Of a stretch of DNA of 64,000 nt, positions 26,701 through 40,300 are shown in pieces (positions within the stretch are counted from its first letter, which is position 1; each line of letters opens with the position of its first letter). The notes below the pieces were generated by a model. It was not told where the DNA came from. It saw only the letters and a program-made list of their open reading frames with translations, and did not search any database. Source of the DNA: Picochlorum sp. SENEW3 (lineage: Eukaryota); the NCBI GenBank assembly GCA_034226945.1, contig CP120464.1, positions 310,001 through 374,000 on the forward strand, in the 5' to 3' direction. The translations under genes were made by a program, and so were the position numbers.

Positions 26701-27551
26701 AATCCAGAATCGTATGTTGTTATGCCAGGCTTCACCATCACAGTAATAGTTGCATCCTCTTCCTCGTTGTCTGGATAAGCAACTAGATAAATCTCTCCAA
26801 CCTCCCATGCATAAAGCATGTCATACCTGCTTGTCCCTGTGATATTCACAAGATTCAAAGGATTCCCTTCCATGAGTCTGCCACCAAATCTAATGACGAA
26901 GCCCATTACAGAGTTTGTTGTCTGCATGTAATCGGACGCAAATTCAATGGTCACATCTGGAGATGTAGTTGTATTGCTTTCAGATAGGGCTGGAATCGAG
27001 GGGAAATTATTTGAGAGGCAATTAGGGGACACCTGTAAAGGAATCAGGTCTCTCTCTTTCTCAGCCCTCCCATCCAAGACGTAAGATGATACAACATCAA
27101 CTGTGATGTCGTAGGGATTACAGCCAACTGTTTCTGGTATGGACGAGTCCATGATTGCAAATTTGATCCCTCCATCCGGCCATACTTCATCCTTCGAAAG
27201 CGTAGGTAGATTTTTGTCTGTATCTGTTGTGTCGATATCCAGCATTGTGGCATTGCTGGGCACATTCTTCTCAAAGGACCCTTCATACACTGCAACATCC
27301 ACCTGGTCAATAGAGATCTCTGGCCCAGTATTTTGAAGCTCCAGCTGGACTCCATACTTATCCAACAAAGGACCATAATTCAGATTTGATCCAAGGAGCA
27401 AGGGAATCTTTCCTTCCTCCAAGTCAACAGTCTTGCCTCCGATCGTTATAGACTGAGGTGTCAGCTGGGCACCGCAACACCAGCCGACGCAAAGAGCCAA
27501 TATCACACTAGTTTTGGCCCAAAGCCTTGAACTTTTGATGCATATATTCAT
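23758..27551 (-). CDS. Multi-pass membrane protein with signal peptide, extracellular domain, Pro/Gln stalk, PAN/apple domain and TRP/FLC-like TM region (3 exons)
   Basis: Signal peptide; TM segments; PAN-type Cys pattern TDFFGGDL..CCNAC...C..WTF....CYLK; FRWGPLFED motif; introns about 25466-25541 and 24797-24861 join ORFs 25488-27551, 24767-25468, 23758-24906. Confidence 0.6.
26120..26190. repeat. Coding hexanucleotide repeat (GGYTGT)n encoding (PQ)n on the minus strand
   Basis: ttgtggttgtggttgtggttgtggctcaggctgtggctgtggctgtggctgtggctctggctgtggc. Confidence 0.9.
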
Positions 27552-28066
27552 TTTATCACGCAGTTATAGTGTATCATCAATCCAAATAAGACTTGTCCAT
27601 GAACACCGTGTTTGCCAAGGGGATTGCAGCCACACTTGCTCAGTACAAAATGCACGCAATCAGGCCCTCATATCACAATAGAGGGGCTGAAGATACAATT
27701 TAATGAAATTGCTAGTCCTAAGCATGGTTTAACGGCATAATTCGTGTTGGGCGTTCGGTAGTTCGCGTGTCATCGACCTAACATCCGCCAATGATAGAAG
27801 TCACACGACAATGCATGCCTGCACCGTGTACAAGGTCGGGAGACCGGACAGGTGGATTGGTCAGCGACTCTGTCCGATAGCACGAGCCATCCGATCGATG
27901 GGTGATGTTGACTCTGAATAAACAAGATTTATCCCTCAATTCTGCACAGACAATGCTGGTTCACATTTCTTAACGAGGTCGTCAAATGATTGCATTGGTG
28001 TGGAATGACCACTGTGGGGTACACACCCTGGCATGCATGTCACACTCTTGTCTGTGAGAAGAAGAC

Positions 28067-29185
28067 ATGGAACTGGAAGTGACCCGCCGTGTTCGTCCTC
28101 TGCGTGTTGATAATGCAAGGCAAGACCACTTCTATCTTCATTTCACCCGTGGTAGTACGGTATCTGGGGAAAACAATGCCGCAGTCTGCCAGGACCCCTG
28201 TTGGGTTCCCTTGCTCCTTCCAGGCAAACAAGTCCATCTGTTGCCAGGAGAGGCATTGCCTCTCATGATATTTTCGGAACTGATGCGACACAGAATATTA
28301 CAATGTATGAATACAGATGAGAGTGGTATGAGAGCTATGGTGGCTGTTTTTGGGAAAGAAACAGGGGGGACACACAAGTTATCACGGGTTGGATGCCTGG
28401 CAGAAATCGTCAATTTTGCTTGCGACGAGACCAGCGGCGTAGATCGACTTCTCGTGTTTGGGAGACAAAGAGTAACATTAATAGAGGCAGCAGATGACCA
28501 TGAGTCTGGATTGGTGAGGTTTTTCGACGACACGTTGACCACATTGCCAAGAGAGATTGCTCAAGGCAGATCTGGCCTACCTCAAAATGTGTGTCTGGAA
28601 TATGATTCTCACTGCACGGCGCAGATATTGATTCATTATCTCGAGGAAATGTCAGGACAGTTTGTGTCTCTAGCGACACAAGACCTTGTCCAAATTTCGT
28701 TTGACTTTTGCTCCTGGGTACCAGTCTCACCTCAGTACAGAGAAGAAGTACTGCAAAGCACGTCACTGGCATCTCGGCTACTCAGCCACGTCCACTTTAT
28801 GAAACGATTTCGCAGTATTTGTTGCAAAATTTGCAATCACGCGCTTGTGGAGTCCAAGGCCGATATCCTTCCCTCCCCAGCAACATATTTCGTGAATCCT
28901 TATGGCAGTGTACATGGCATTGTCAAAGCACGATTGGTTGATGGCGCTGTTGATGATGACCCACCAAATCCAGAGCTGTCTTGGATGAAGGGATATGCTT
29001 GGCAAATCGTTCTTTGCAAGAGATGTTATGCACATATTGGATGGAAATTCTCTGCATGGGAATCCATTGATTCAGTGCGGATGGCGAGCCATCAGGCAGA
29101 TTCCAATGGGCATCCCTCCTTCTTTGCCATTCGCACAAGTGCTGTCCACTGCAGCATGGCTGAATCCGATAATACAATTGATTAA
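28067..29185 (+). CDS. CRBN: Cereblon (LON-N domain + CULT domain); true start may be upstream at 27986
   Basis: LLPGEALPL, VGCLAEI, GRQR; CULT CxxC, YFVNPYG.VH, SWMKGYAWQIVLCKRCYAHIGWKF with tri-Trp pocket residues. Confidence 0.85.
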   Translation: MELEVTRRVRPLRVDNARQDHFYLHFTRGSTVSGENNAAVCQDPCWVPLLLPGKQVHLLPGEALPLMIFSELMRHRILQCMNTDESGMRAMVAVFGKETGGTHKLSRVGCLAEIVNFACDETSGVDRLLVFGRQRVTLIEAADDHESGLVRFFDDTLTTLPREIAQGRSGLPQNVCLEYDSHCTAQILIHYLEEMSGQFVSLATQDLVQISFDFCSWVPVSPQYREEVLQSTSLASRLLSHVHFMKRFRSICCKICNHALVESKADILPSPATYFVNPYGSVHGIVKARLVDGAVDDDPPNPELSWMKGYAWQIVLCKRCYAHIGWKFSAWESIDSVRMASHQADSNGHPSFFAIRTSAVHCSMAESDNTID

Positions 29186-29278
29186 TGACACTGCCTTTTT
29201 GAGAAAGAGTAAAATAGAATTCTGTATACTAGATACCATATTTACAGTGCCCATAGTATAGATATTTCGCTTGTAAAC

Positions 29279-30370
29279 ATGAAACTGAACGACAACGTCG
29301 TACAGAACTTTCAGATAGGGGCCATGTTTCGGGTATGTTTGATCCTGTTCGCTCATTGATGTCTCTATTTTGAACATCTCATTTCCATGCGAGTGCAGAG
29401 CGAGTATTCGGAGCAGGACTCTCGGGTCAACTCAATTTCTTTTCACAGGACTCATGATTTGCTTGTTTCCGCCAGTAATGACGATATTATACGAGTTTAT
29501 GATTCATATAGAGGCCAAGAATTAAACACATTGCAGAGTAAGAAGTATGGAGTCGCAAATATCTGTTACACGCATGATCCTCAGTCAGTTGTCTACAGCT
29601 CTACAAAGGTGAGTACAGGGGTTGTTTTTGTTGGATTTGCGTTCGCGAACTACCGCACTACCCAAAATCTACATATGTAGGGAAGTCATGCTTGGAGGTA
29701 TCATGATTTGCATGCTAATAGATATCTGAAGTATTTCAATGGTCACTCTGGCCGGGTGACGGCACTGCATGTCAGCCCAAAGACTGATCAGGTGCTTAGT
29801 GCGGCTGAAGATAAGCAAGTGAGGTTGTGGGATTTGAGGAGTGGGCAGTGCTCTGCTATCTTACATGCTCCTGGAATTCCAACGGTTGCGTGGGATGAAC
29901 AAGGCTTGGTATTTTGTGTTGCTGCAGAAAGCGGGGTAATCAAATTGTATGATGCAAAGAACTATGGATCTGGGCCATTTGCTTCCTTTGTCGTGAAAGA
30001 GGAGCAGAACTCTAATGCTCTATTTTCGTTTGTTAGGTTTAGTTTGAGTGGTAAGTATATCTTGGCCGTTGTAGAGGGCAGGATATACGTCTTGGATGCA
30101 TTTGATGGCCAAACTGTATGCTCAGTCCATACAGGAGTGTCTGAGGGAGGACAAGCTCTGGAAGCTACGTTAACTCCCGATGGTAAATACATCATTTCGG
30201 GATGTAGCGATCGACATATTCGAGTATGGGATGCGGAGAAAGGGAGGGAAATCGCGAAATGGCCCCAACATGCTGATGTCCCAACATGCATAAAGTTTTC
30301 ACCTCGAAAACTTCTCGTCGCAAGTGCCTGCCAGGCTCTAGCATTGTGGATCCCCACGAGCCAATCATAA
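29279..30370 (+). CDS. WDR82: WDR82/SWD2 (COMPASS/CPF WD40 subunit), 3 exons
   Basis: MKLNDNVVQNFQIG, SKKYGV, YLKYFNGHSGRV..L.VSP, GPF..F, LEATLTPDGKY. Confidence 0.9.
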
Positions 30371-30393
30371 TAACATAACAATTAAACATATAA

Positions 30394-31066
30394 TTAAATC
30401 TTTCCTTCTCTCATCTTCTTCCTAAGTTTGGCTTTGGCCGATTTGCTCAACTTCTTCTCCTCAACTGGGGCAGATGTTTGTGGCTCAGTTGTTCTGGCAG
30501 CCACAGGGGCTCCTGCTGGTGCGGCAACATGCTGCTTAGGATGTGTCAATGCAGTATTTGTGGGAGCAGGAGCGCGATGTGGTTGCTGCTGCTGCTGCTG
30601 CTGCTGCGCCCTGTATGTTTGCTGAGGGACATGTCCCTGATATTGCCCTGGGACACGCTGAGCCACCCTTTGCTGTTGTTGATAACCAGGAACGCCGTGC
30701 GAAAACCATTCGGGAACGTCCCCATCCTGAACAGTCGAAGGCTGCACGACAACCCTTCCCCCGAAAGGCACCTGAGGAGGGTGCTCAATATATCCAGACC
30801 CACGGACATTTGGATTCTACAAATAACACACAAATACTCACATTACAAGAGAAATCTCTCGGAAACGCAACACTACCCGTTCGAATTCTGCCTGCTGCAC
30901 AGCAGCATTCGAACAAACAAGCTGTTTCGTACATGAATCTGCATCGTCTGCAATTTAGTATTCATAAATGATTAATACTATACACAGTATAGGTAGATGG
31001 ATGTGTATATTCACGACATGAGCATACCAGACTGTCCACATGCTCTTGCTTCGTTCCTCGCGTCAT
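30394..31066 (-). CDS. Hypothetical Gln/Pro-rich protein with basic C-terminus (probably 3 exons)
   Basis: Plausible splice MTRGTKQEHVDSL/AEFERVVLRFREISL/NPNVRGSGY... into ORF 30394-30771; polyQ from CAG repeat; KKLSKSAKAKLRKK tail. Confidence 0.45.
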
Positions 31067-31334
31067 GGCGTGTGTATGTCTCAAACAAGGGTCAGGGTGT
31101 TATCAGATGTAATTTACTATCTATTTGGTTTATTTGCAAACAACGATGGAGAGTGTGATGCGGTTATCATCAATCAGACATCGAGGGGATCCAGCCGACC
31201 TGGATGATGTTTCCACTGTTCGAGAACAAAATGCAGCTTGTAGTAATTGATCTGCCACAATATCTCGAATAATCACTGCGATTGTAGTCGATCGAATTGA
31301 GTTACAATCAATACAAACATCAAGAAGAAATACC

Positions 31335-34300
31335 CTAAAACCATGGCTGCCACAGAGGATCCATTTTGCACAGGTTTTGAGGGTTGTTTGCCATTGCAAG
31401 AAGTTCTCTAACATTCTTCTGTGGATTCTTCGGTGTTCCGTCCGTCTCTAATGATGCCATCACACTATTACTTGGGCCCATTCTTTCTAGGCGTGAGAGG
31501 CACTGTCCGACGTTGTGCATCACTGCATTTTCTACCTGAGATGGAGAGACTGTACCAATGCCGGCAATTGATCGTACTTGAAGGCGCCTTTGGATAAATG
31601 ACAGCACATCGTCGCGCAAGAAAAGAGCTAGTAGGGAAGGCATGGTTGTCTGCTCCTGCTGTAATGCCTGAGCGGCAGCTGTTCCAGCTGCAACGAGGGC
31701 ACCCTCAAGGCCATGTGGTCCAATGAATGCTCCCATGTTCCTTGTGAACCTGAAAGGAACAGTTTCTCCGTTTATATCAAGCTGCAGACGGTCATTATAT
31801 AATGTGGATAACTCCAAATGTGTGAGTTCTCCAGTAGCTTTTGATACGACGAGTTTTGATGGAGAACGCCCAGATAGCCTCAGCACGAAACAAGCAAGAG
31901 CAGACAAAGCAGTAGACAGTGCAAACTGCCTCTTGAATGTCCACATCATCCTGCTATTTTCCACCATTGTCTTGTACATATACTGTGAGAAGATGTTTTC
32001 TGTCACAAGCCCCTTATCAGGATCTATGATCGCATCGAATGCCTTTCTGCGCATATCATCTGGCGAACAACCTTCATCTGGCTTTCCAGAGACAATTTCC
32101 TTGAATTTGACTATAGGCGCATCAGGCTCCTTTCCATACCGAGCGCAATATGTATCGTACGCATCAACAAATAGACATGTTGATGGGTCGTCCTCAGATA
32201 TTTTCCCACCAGGATTGAGAGCACGTGATCTAGGAGATGCAAACTTCAACCCTCGCCTCCTCGCCTCTGGATGATTGTCAAGCAGTGCATTAGCAGCCCT
32301 AAACAGCTGTCCAATTCGTTCTTCGCTGTTTCCATGACCACCTTGTTGGCCACTCACGAGGAAATATCTCTTTCTACCATCGCTTCCAACAATTGACAGC
32401 CTCCTGGAGGATGTGCATGCCCTTCTAACCACAGAGACATCAGCACACATCTTTTCTATGTACAACACTTCTGGTCCATCTGGAGACGGAGGCGCCTGGC
32501 AAGGCATTTCCACTTCGTCCAAAGCCACGTCCATCAAAGCAGCTGAGATGTCCTGTAATCGCAACATCGAGGGATTTGTATCCTCTATTATAGATTCCAT
32601 CATTGTTCTCCAGCCTTTCAAGCGTTCAGCCAACTCCCCAATATTCTTGGGTGCTGTCTCAGAATTCATGTCCAAATCTTTTGCAAATTTCCTCTGGTTC
32701 TTGTTCCAATTATTTCCCGTTATTGGTGTAGATTTCTCTGCAGTGGCAGAAGAAGGATTGCAGGCTTTGCATACACTAGCCAGCTCTTTGCACAGGCTCT
32801 CAGGAATAGGAGTGTCCGAAGCCATTGCAACACGATATGCACGATGCTGTAGAGTATACACAACAGCTAGAAGTCGTTCATCAGATCGAACTCCGAATCT
32901 TTGTCCCAGTTCCGTCATGAAGAGATCTAGAGTTTGCAACGGAGGGATTTGCTTTGCTCGCAAAAGTTCTGTCACCTCTTTTGCATTCTCATAAGCAAGT
33001 ACTTCCACAGGTTTGTCCACACCTGATTGATATGCCGGACCCCCACCAGGAGTTTGTTGCACCTCTGGGACCCCTTTCACATCTGCAGGAGTGGCTGGGG
33101 ATGCATCAGGCATTTCTTCATCACTGCGATTCTCTTGCCCAGCTTGGTGCTGCCCACTTGCTTTCTTCTCAGGCTCAACTTCATTCTTCTCAGCTGCTTC
33201 GCGCATGCTCTTAATCGCTACTTCTTTGAGATGAGTAATGGCAGGCTTGATGTACCAATAGACGTACTGTGGGTGCTGCGTCGCAGCAAATCCCAGGATT
33301 CTCTTAACTGCGAGGCTCTCAGGTCTCTGCAATCCAATTATTAATTGGGACAACCATGGCAGCCACACCCAAGCCGGAAGATCAACGACATGCTGAATAA
33401 TGTGTTTACTGACATAGTGTGGTCCGTTGACGTCTAAAACAAGCAAGTGAAGTAACCTTGGAACAAGAGTTCTACCCTGAGTTGCAGATGATCGAATGGC
33501 TTGGATATGACATATCGTAGTATATTCCAGCCAAGTTCCAGCTTGCTGCTGCAGTTCTTTTGTCTGCTGCTCATTCAATTGCTGTAGCATTTTTTGCTTG
33601 ATTGCTGAATATTGTGAGTCGCAGAAATTGCCCCAGTTAACCCAGGCCTCAGTGCACATTGGCCAGAGGGAAAGAGCTTCACTGAAAGTATTATTTGCTG
33701 AAGCATCATTCAAGTGATGCAGGAACTCGCCTTTCAGTGCAATCATCTCTGCATGATGAGTAGGCTGGAAGTAGTCCATATTAGTTGAGTTGATTAGATT
33801 CAGACCATGCAAATACTCTGATGGTTTTTGCATGTATGCCTTAGCTTGCTCCTGAACTTTCACAAAAGCCTCCTGGACTTCCATTGCATTGAATCCATAC
33901 AGGGTATTGATGACGTGGATACAAGTTTCGGGAAGGTGATGGAGTCTTGCAACGCGGCCCAAGCGATTCACACTCCAAGCCTTGTCCCTATATCCCAGCT
34001 GGTGCAAGTTAGGATTCACGCTTTGAAGGTTGCTAAATTGTCTGATTGTCGTGTTGTACACGTGATTCCTCCAGGTGAGAACATCACTCCACCAGCGCAC
34101 AGGCTCCCATTCGTTGGGCGTCCTAAGTTTCCATGTATCAGCAATATCTTTCAGATCTTGGTAATGACCTGCTTGCCCTCCCTGCATACTGAACTCCATC
34201 ATTACCCTCCAGCTTTCCATCAGCTCCACAGATCTCTGAAAAGAATGCAAAACTGGAGCATAACTAGAAGGTGAAGATTCTGGCATTTGCCACCATCTTA

Positions 34301-37300
34301 AAATGCATTGAGACAAGGATGTCTTGCACATCTTATCCACATCTAGTAGCGTCATATCAGACATTTGCATTTGAGCTTTCACCATGGTAAACTCAGGACC
34401 CTCTTCAATCTGTGCACTAGGTCCAACGATCGTTTTTAAGTATGACCAGTCATAAAGCTTTGCTGCAGCATCAAGACGAAGGGTGCCATTGTCGACTGAC
34501 TTTGCATACTCTGCAACCGTGTCCCATTGATTTAATTCCATGCAGCAGGAAAGGTATTGATTGTGCCAAAGCACCATCTCGTTTTTCATGAAGCTTCGAT
34601 CTCCACTGACACCTCTCGACATCATCTCAAGGAAAAGAGTCTGAGCCTGTGGAATAAAGCCATGTTGTTGAAGAGCGATTGCTGTTGCAGTTTCAGGTGC
34701 TGATGCCCTTCTTTGCCACAATCCACAACGCATATCCTCTTCACCAAGTATAGAATAAAGATCGCAGACTGCTTCAAAGCATCGCATGTCCTGAGGGAAT
34801 AATCCCACATGAGATTCAAGCATGGAGATTGCAGTGTGCCAAGCGTGGAAATGCCTCCCCATATACTTGATCATTTCTGCAGGAATCTTTGGTTGAGGCT
34901 GAGACATACTAATACCATCCAGTAGGGTCTGTCCAACTGTAGGGCGCAATAATGACTGCCTTATATGGTGCTCCTTAGATAATAATTGAATGATAGGCTT
35001 GGCAAGTCCAGTTTGCTGTTCCTTTTCAAGAGATGTCCAGACAATTGGAAACAGAAGTACCCAGAGATGATGAGCTACCAGAGGATCTGTCTGGACTTGC
35101 TCAATGAGGCAAGACACGAGTGCCTCTGACCTTAAACCACTCGCGTTCTCTAAGAATTCCAGGTGTTCTCTGAGCGTCGTTGACGTGGCACCTGGGAGAT
35201 CCACAGCGGGCTTGACATCCTTATCTTCAGTAAGAGTTTCGGCATTGTTTTCATCTGATGTACCGTTGGACCTATCTTTGGTGGGCAAGATCAGCGATTC
35301 TTTGTAGTCAAATAATTGCGGAACATGGGCTGAATTATACGCCAGCGTGACAGGATCTGACATGTGCAAGCAATCAAATAGAAGAGCCACTGCATGCTTG
35401 AGCCAAAACGTGTTCGATAAAAACTCCCACTCCTGAATCTGTATAATATACTTGAGTCTCTCAAATAAATCTCTTGGAATACGCTCAGAATAGAGTTTGA
35501 AAAACTTGCTCCGAACACCAGGGTCAGAATTTTGCAGACCACAGCAAAAGGGCCTCTCCACCTTTGTGAACACATCATCGCCGAAATTGCCTTCTGTCTT
35601 TGTTGTTATCAAAGCGTACAGAAACTCCAAGAAATCTTTATCCCATACTTGTCTGAGACTGCCTGGAATTGCATGCAAACGGTCTACTTGAGCGAGCCTT
35701 TGCAAAAGAACAAGTGACTCTTTTGCAGTGAGATGATTGTCCTTATCATACAGTAGCCAACTTCTCAGCAAATGCATGACCGAGAAAAGGATCCCTGAAT
35801 GCGTCTGGCCTTGGCGGACAGGATTTCCAGCCATCAGTTCTACAACAGTTGACAAGAACAGCTTCCGATGATCGGATGAAAGAACAAGGGAAGATGGCAC
35901 TGATACCTCAAGAGCATAATACATGAACCATGCTCCAGACCCGAACTCAGAATTCGATAGAGATTCCAGAGGCATTCCCTTGGCAGACAGCAGTCCTAAT
36001 TGTGGCTGCTTACTGTGCTCTTTAGCAATGCGGTTCATCGCCCTCAAAAGATAAATCAAAACTTTGTCCATGGCATTTGGTGACACTTCGGCAATGCTCT
36101 TCATCACCTTCACACAGTTACAAGCATACCAGAAGATATCAGTGGAGAACTGCTCAACTTCCGACACGTGATTCAGAAACCTGCAACACCATCAGCATAA
36201 GTCTGATGAGTTAGGTACACAACTCTTGTAGCCACATGAAATACGTACTTGCTTAAAATCTTGATCAAATGATTCTCTATGGCTGCCGGAGCAGCGTATT
36301 CTTCACCAAGACGCGACAAGTCACAGGGATATGCGCTGTAAAACAACTTCGCAGAAGTAGACAGAAGTTCGATCGTTGTCAGATTCTTGCTGCAAATACT
36401 AGGTTCGATCATCATCACTATCTGCGAGGAACAGCACGAGACGAGATTCGCCGGTTGGAATTCCTGCAAGATCGATGATTGTTAGAAAATGCAACCAGGA
36501 AAAACAAATGGAATTCGACTTACCATGAAAAGAGTAACGATTCGAAGCCCAGTAGCTACAACAGGAGTAGCCCCCACTTTCCCTTTGCTTGCTTGCTGTT
36601 GCTGTTGCTGTTGCAAGAGCCTGTCGAAAAAACTCAATTTCAGATAAGAATCCCTGCGATACCTTGCTGCATCTCTCAACGTATTGAGACAGTGGGCATG
36701 AAGCTTTTTCCATCCAGTCTCATCCCTATCGCGAACTTCACAACTGCGTGACAACAAAAGTCGAGTCGAGATTTGACCCAAAAAAAAAGAGAATAGGGTG
36801 TCGATTCTTGTTTCGTACCTAATGAAAGTCATCCTTAACAGGAAGCTCAAAATATTGTTGTCCATCTCTTTCGTCAACAATGTCGCGTTGCCGCCGTTCT
36901 CATTTTCTTTCTTGGCCTTCTCGTCCCACCAATACATGGTGACAGCCATGTCAACCGCCAGAATCCTGTTGTCAATCGAAGAGGGATTAGGAAGTCCGTA
37001 GCGATTCAAATTGCTCAGCATCACTTTGATGTACGCGAGTCTAGAGCTGTAGAAAACTTCACGATTTCTAACGACCATTTGCATAACCAGTATCATCACC
37101 GGACTCAATAAGCCTTCCTCTTGCAGCAATCTTTTTAGAATCAGATTATAAATTGGTTTTTTCTTCGACGCATCAGGCGTTTCGCTCCCGGAAGAAAGAT
37201 CGCCTTCTGCGTGATCGTCACCCTGTTCATTCAGGATCGGAATAATATGATCGATCGCCTGCTTCACAGCTTCACGCGACGCTGTATCGTGTGCGTTCAT

Positions 37301-40300
37301 TCGAAGCATATTGAAGAATGCTTTTAAAACCAATTTCGTATCATACCCTTCTCTAGAAGTTCCTGTGGAACCACTCACGTAAGCTCGGAAAAAGTGAGCG
37401 CAACAGAGGAAAGCATGAGATTTCGCCAAGTTGTCTTTCTTCAACGTCCACCTGCAGGTCATCGAATCGATCTTGTTACGAAACCAATCGCCCATTAGAT
37501 GTCAACATGTGGCACCTACCAGATATATTGGATTAATTCTTTTTTATAATCGCGAAGTAAATGAGGGACATGCTGAACAAGGAGGACGCAAACTTGTATC
37601 ATTTCGGACTGGAGCAAGTCGTGGCAGTCTGATTCTTCAGCAGAGACCTTACCAAACACTTTTGTGATTAACTTCTTCACCAAGTCTTGTGCTAGAATAT
37701 CAGATTGGCCATGCTGCACCAACCACCCAATCATCGGTCTCAGTAAGAACCGTACAACCATTGTTTGGGACAAATCGGCACTTTCGATCTTGAAGCTGTC
37801 GATCCATTGACTGAATACCTGCAGGGAAAGTACGCTGTCGATCTTCTGTAAGATGACATTTCTATACAACTAACACGACACAAACCTCTTTTTTCGTTTC
37901 TGATGATGACTCCCTCGGAAAATCTCTGCTGAGATATTCTTTTAACCAAGTGAGTTCCGAGCCTGAATGGCCGACAAAAGCGCAAGGAAGATCGAGCATG
38001 GTGGAAATTTCTGAATGGTGTCGCCTGACGAAGTTGACCAACACGTAGGTTAAATCTGCATAAGTAGAACCTTCGAAACTGTTTGTCTGCCATAGTGATA
38101 GGCACTTGTCATACAAACTCTTGGAAAGCCATTCCGGACAGAGGATGCAAATTTGATGCACCAAGCATATGCAATTTTTCTTCGCATCGATCATTTCCGG
38201 AGTGTTATCCTCGTTTCGCAGAATCTCCTCTAAAATATTGTGACTGTTTTTCAGCTCCTCTAAAAGTGGTTTTCCGCTCAGATGCCGAATGATGTCTAGA
38301 AACATTGTAAAATATTCACTGGATGAAAGCCGTGATGGTGTCACAAAATATTCAATGCTTTGCCGGACATACTTATTCAGAAAACGAATAAGTGGGGGCC
38401 TATATGGCGACCAGCATTTACTCGCTTGAGGAGGTCCTGGCAATGTTGGTAGGCTGTTTTCCAAGTGTATCGTCAGCACAACCAGCCCTGGTCTCTTCGT
38501 CGCATTATTCTCATCGAGCTGCGATTCGAGGAAATCTACCGCTGGAGGGGGTAGTTTATGGAAGACATCAAGCATTTGAACGGCGAGCTCGCATTCCATC
38601 CCAGGCTCCCATGCAACCGCTGTACCCTGAAGCTTCTTGTCATAGTCTACCCATATCTGCAGATGCTCTATGAGTTTCTCTCCCAAACTGCTATGAAACT
38701 GATCAGGTAGGATATCTAGGAGACGATGTAGGTGATTCATTTGGTTTAAGTTGATCCTTGATATCTGCGCTACATCTGCAAGTATTGGTCTAAAAGACTC
38801 TTGGAGCTTTGTCTTCTCCAAGAGTTCCTGGGCAACTGCAATATCTAATCCATCTTTGCAAAGTTTCCTGATTCTCTCTGACGATGAATTCAATTTCTGG
38901 ATGCAGGCTCCCACGATTCTCTCCTTCAACTGACGTATTGGAACTTTGAGTTCCCCTGGGGAGTCCCAGATATGATTTACTATTTGGACATCACCCGCAT
39001 CCCGAAAAGAGGGCCATTTCAATGCGGTTACTGACACTTCTAAGCACGCAGCTTGGAGGTTCACTATTAGACCAACCTTTGGCGGCTGCCCTCGAATGCT
39101 GGTAGAGGCTGCAACAATGTGATCTTCCATTTCAAGGATAGTGCAACAGTCTGCTATGAATGCTCCCACTGAGTCTGTCAGTTTCAATTCAGTTGGGGAA
39201 TGACCGAACAAGAAAGCCATACTATGGGCATAATTCGTTTGTGCAGGAATACTTTTTAGGGGCAAGATCCTCCTCTCCAATAAAGATTTGGCACCAGGTT
39301 GACGGCTCAAAATTTGATCCAACATGGACCCAACACTTTGGCCAGAAGCACGAGAAAGCAATTCAAGACACTTAGTCGCCGCATTACGAACAGCTTCGTT
39401 ATTTTTGCTACTCATGAGTGCCTGAAGCAGATCATTCTGCAGCCTTGCAATATCCCTCTCAATGCCAGATTCCTCCTTGGATGTGTCCAGATCCCCGATT
39501 TTCTCTGATTTCGACTCATTTACTTTTTGCTTTTTTCGTGAAACGTTTGCTGCTCTGCGCTTAGTTCTTTTCCCTCGTCGAGTCGTCACCTGAGGTTCAT
39601 CCTGTGTCTCCTCAACATCATCTTCCCTCCTCTCGTCCTCTCTTGCATCTGAATCAGGTTCAACTGCTCTTCTAACGACAGTAATTATGATTTCGGTAAC
39701 TTCTTCTATCTCTACAGATGCACTGTCCGGGAAATTCCTGAGAACAGTCATCAAAGCTTTCACAATATAGTGAGAAGCATAAACCAACAAAGATTGGTCC
39801 ATTCTTTTGCACAAAGCTTCAAGAGCTAAGACACCACCCATCCTTGAAGACCAACTACTGTCATAACAACAATGTCTTGCTCTAGAAATCAAATCCTGCT
39901 GAATGTTTAGATAAGGGATGTCACGAGATAGCTTATTCCTGGAATTGGTAGACTTTTGCTCCTCTTCTTGGCCCTCGACATTACCATCGGCAGGCTTAAT
40001 TTGCTTCTGGGAATTTCCGGTCTCTAGTAGAGCATCTAAAAATACTGCAATGCAGTCGACTGTTGCTGCCCGTTCTGTGGGGTTTTCCCTTTTCAGTCCT
40101 TGCTCGAATGCATCTAATAAGATATGGGGCTGTAAATGCTTCAGAGTTGCGACGCAGGCAGGGATGCCTCCAAGAACATTATACCTTGTCATTCTTGATG
40201 TAGGAGGTGCCCAAGGAGGTATGCCCATTTTCGCCCAACCAGACGCCATCAGATATGCAAAGTGCCTACAGGTTGAATGTGCAAACAATTTCGAGTTGCA

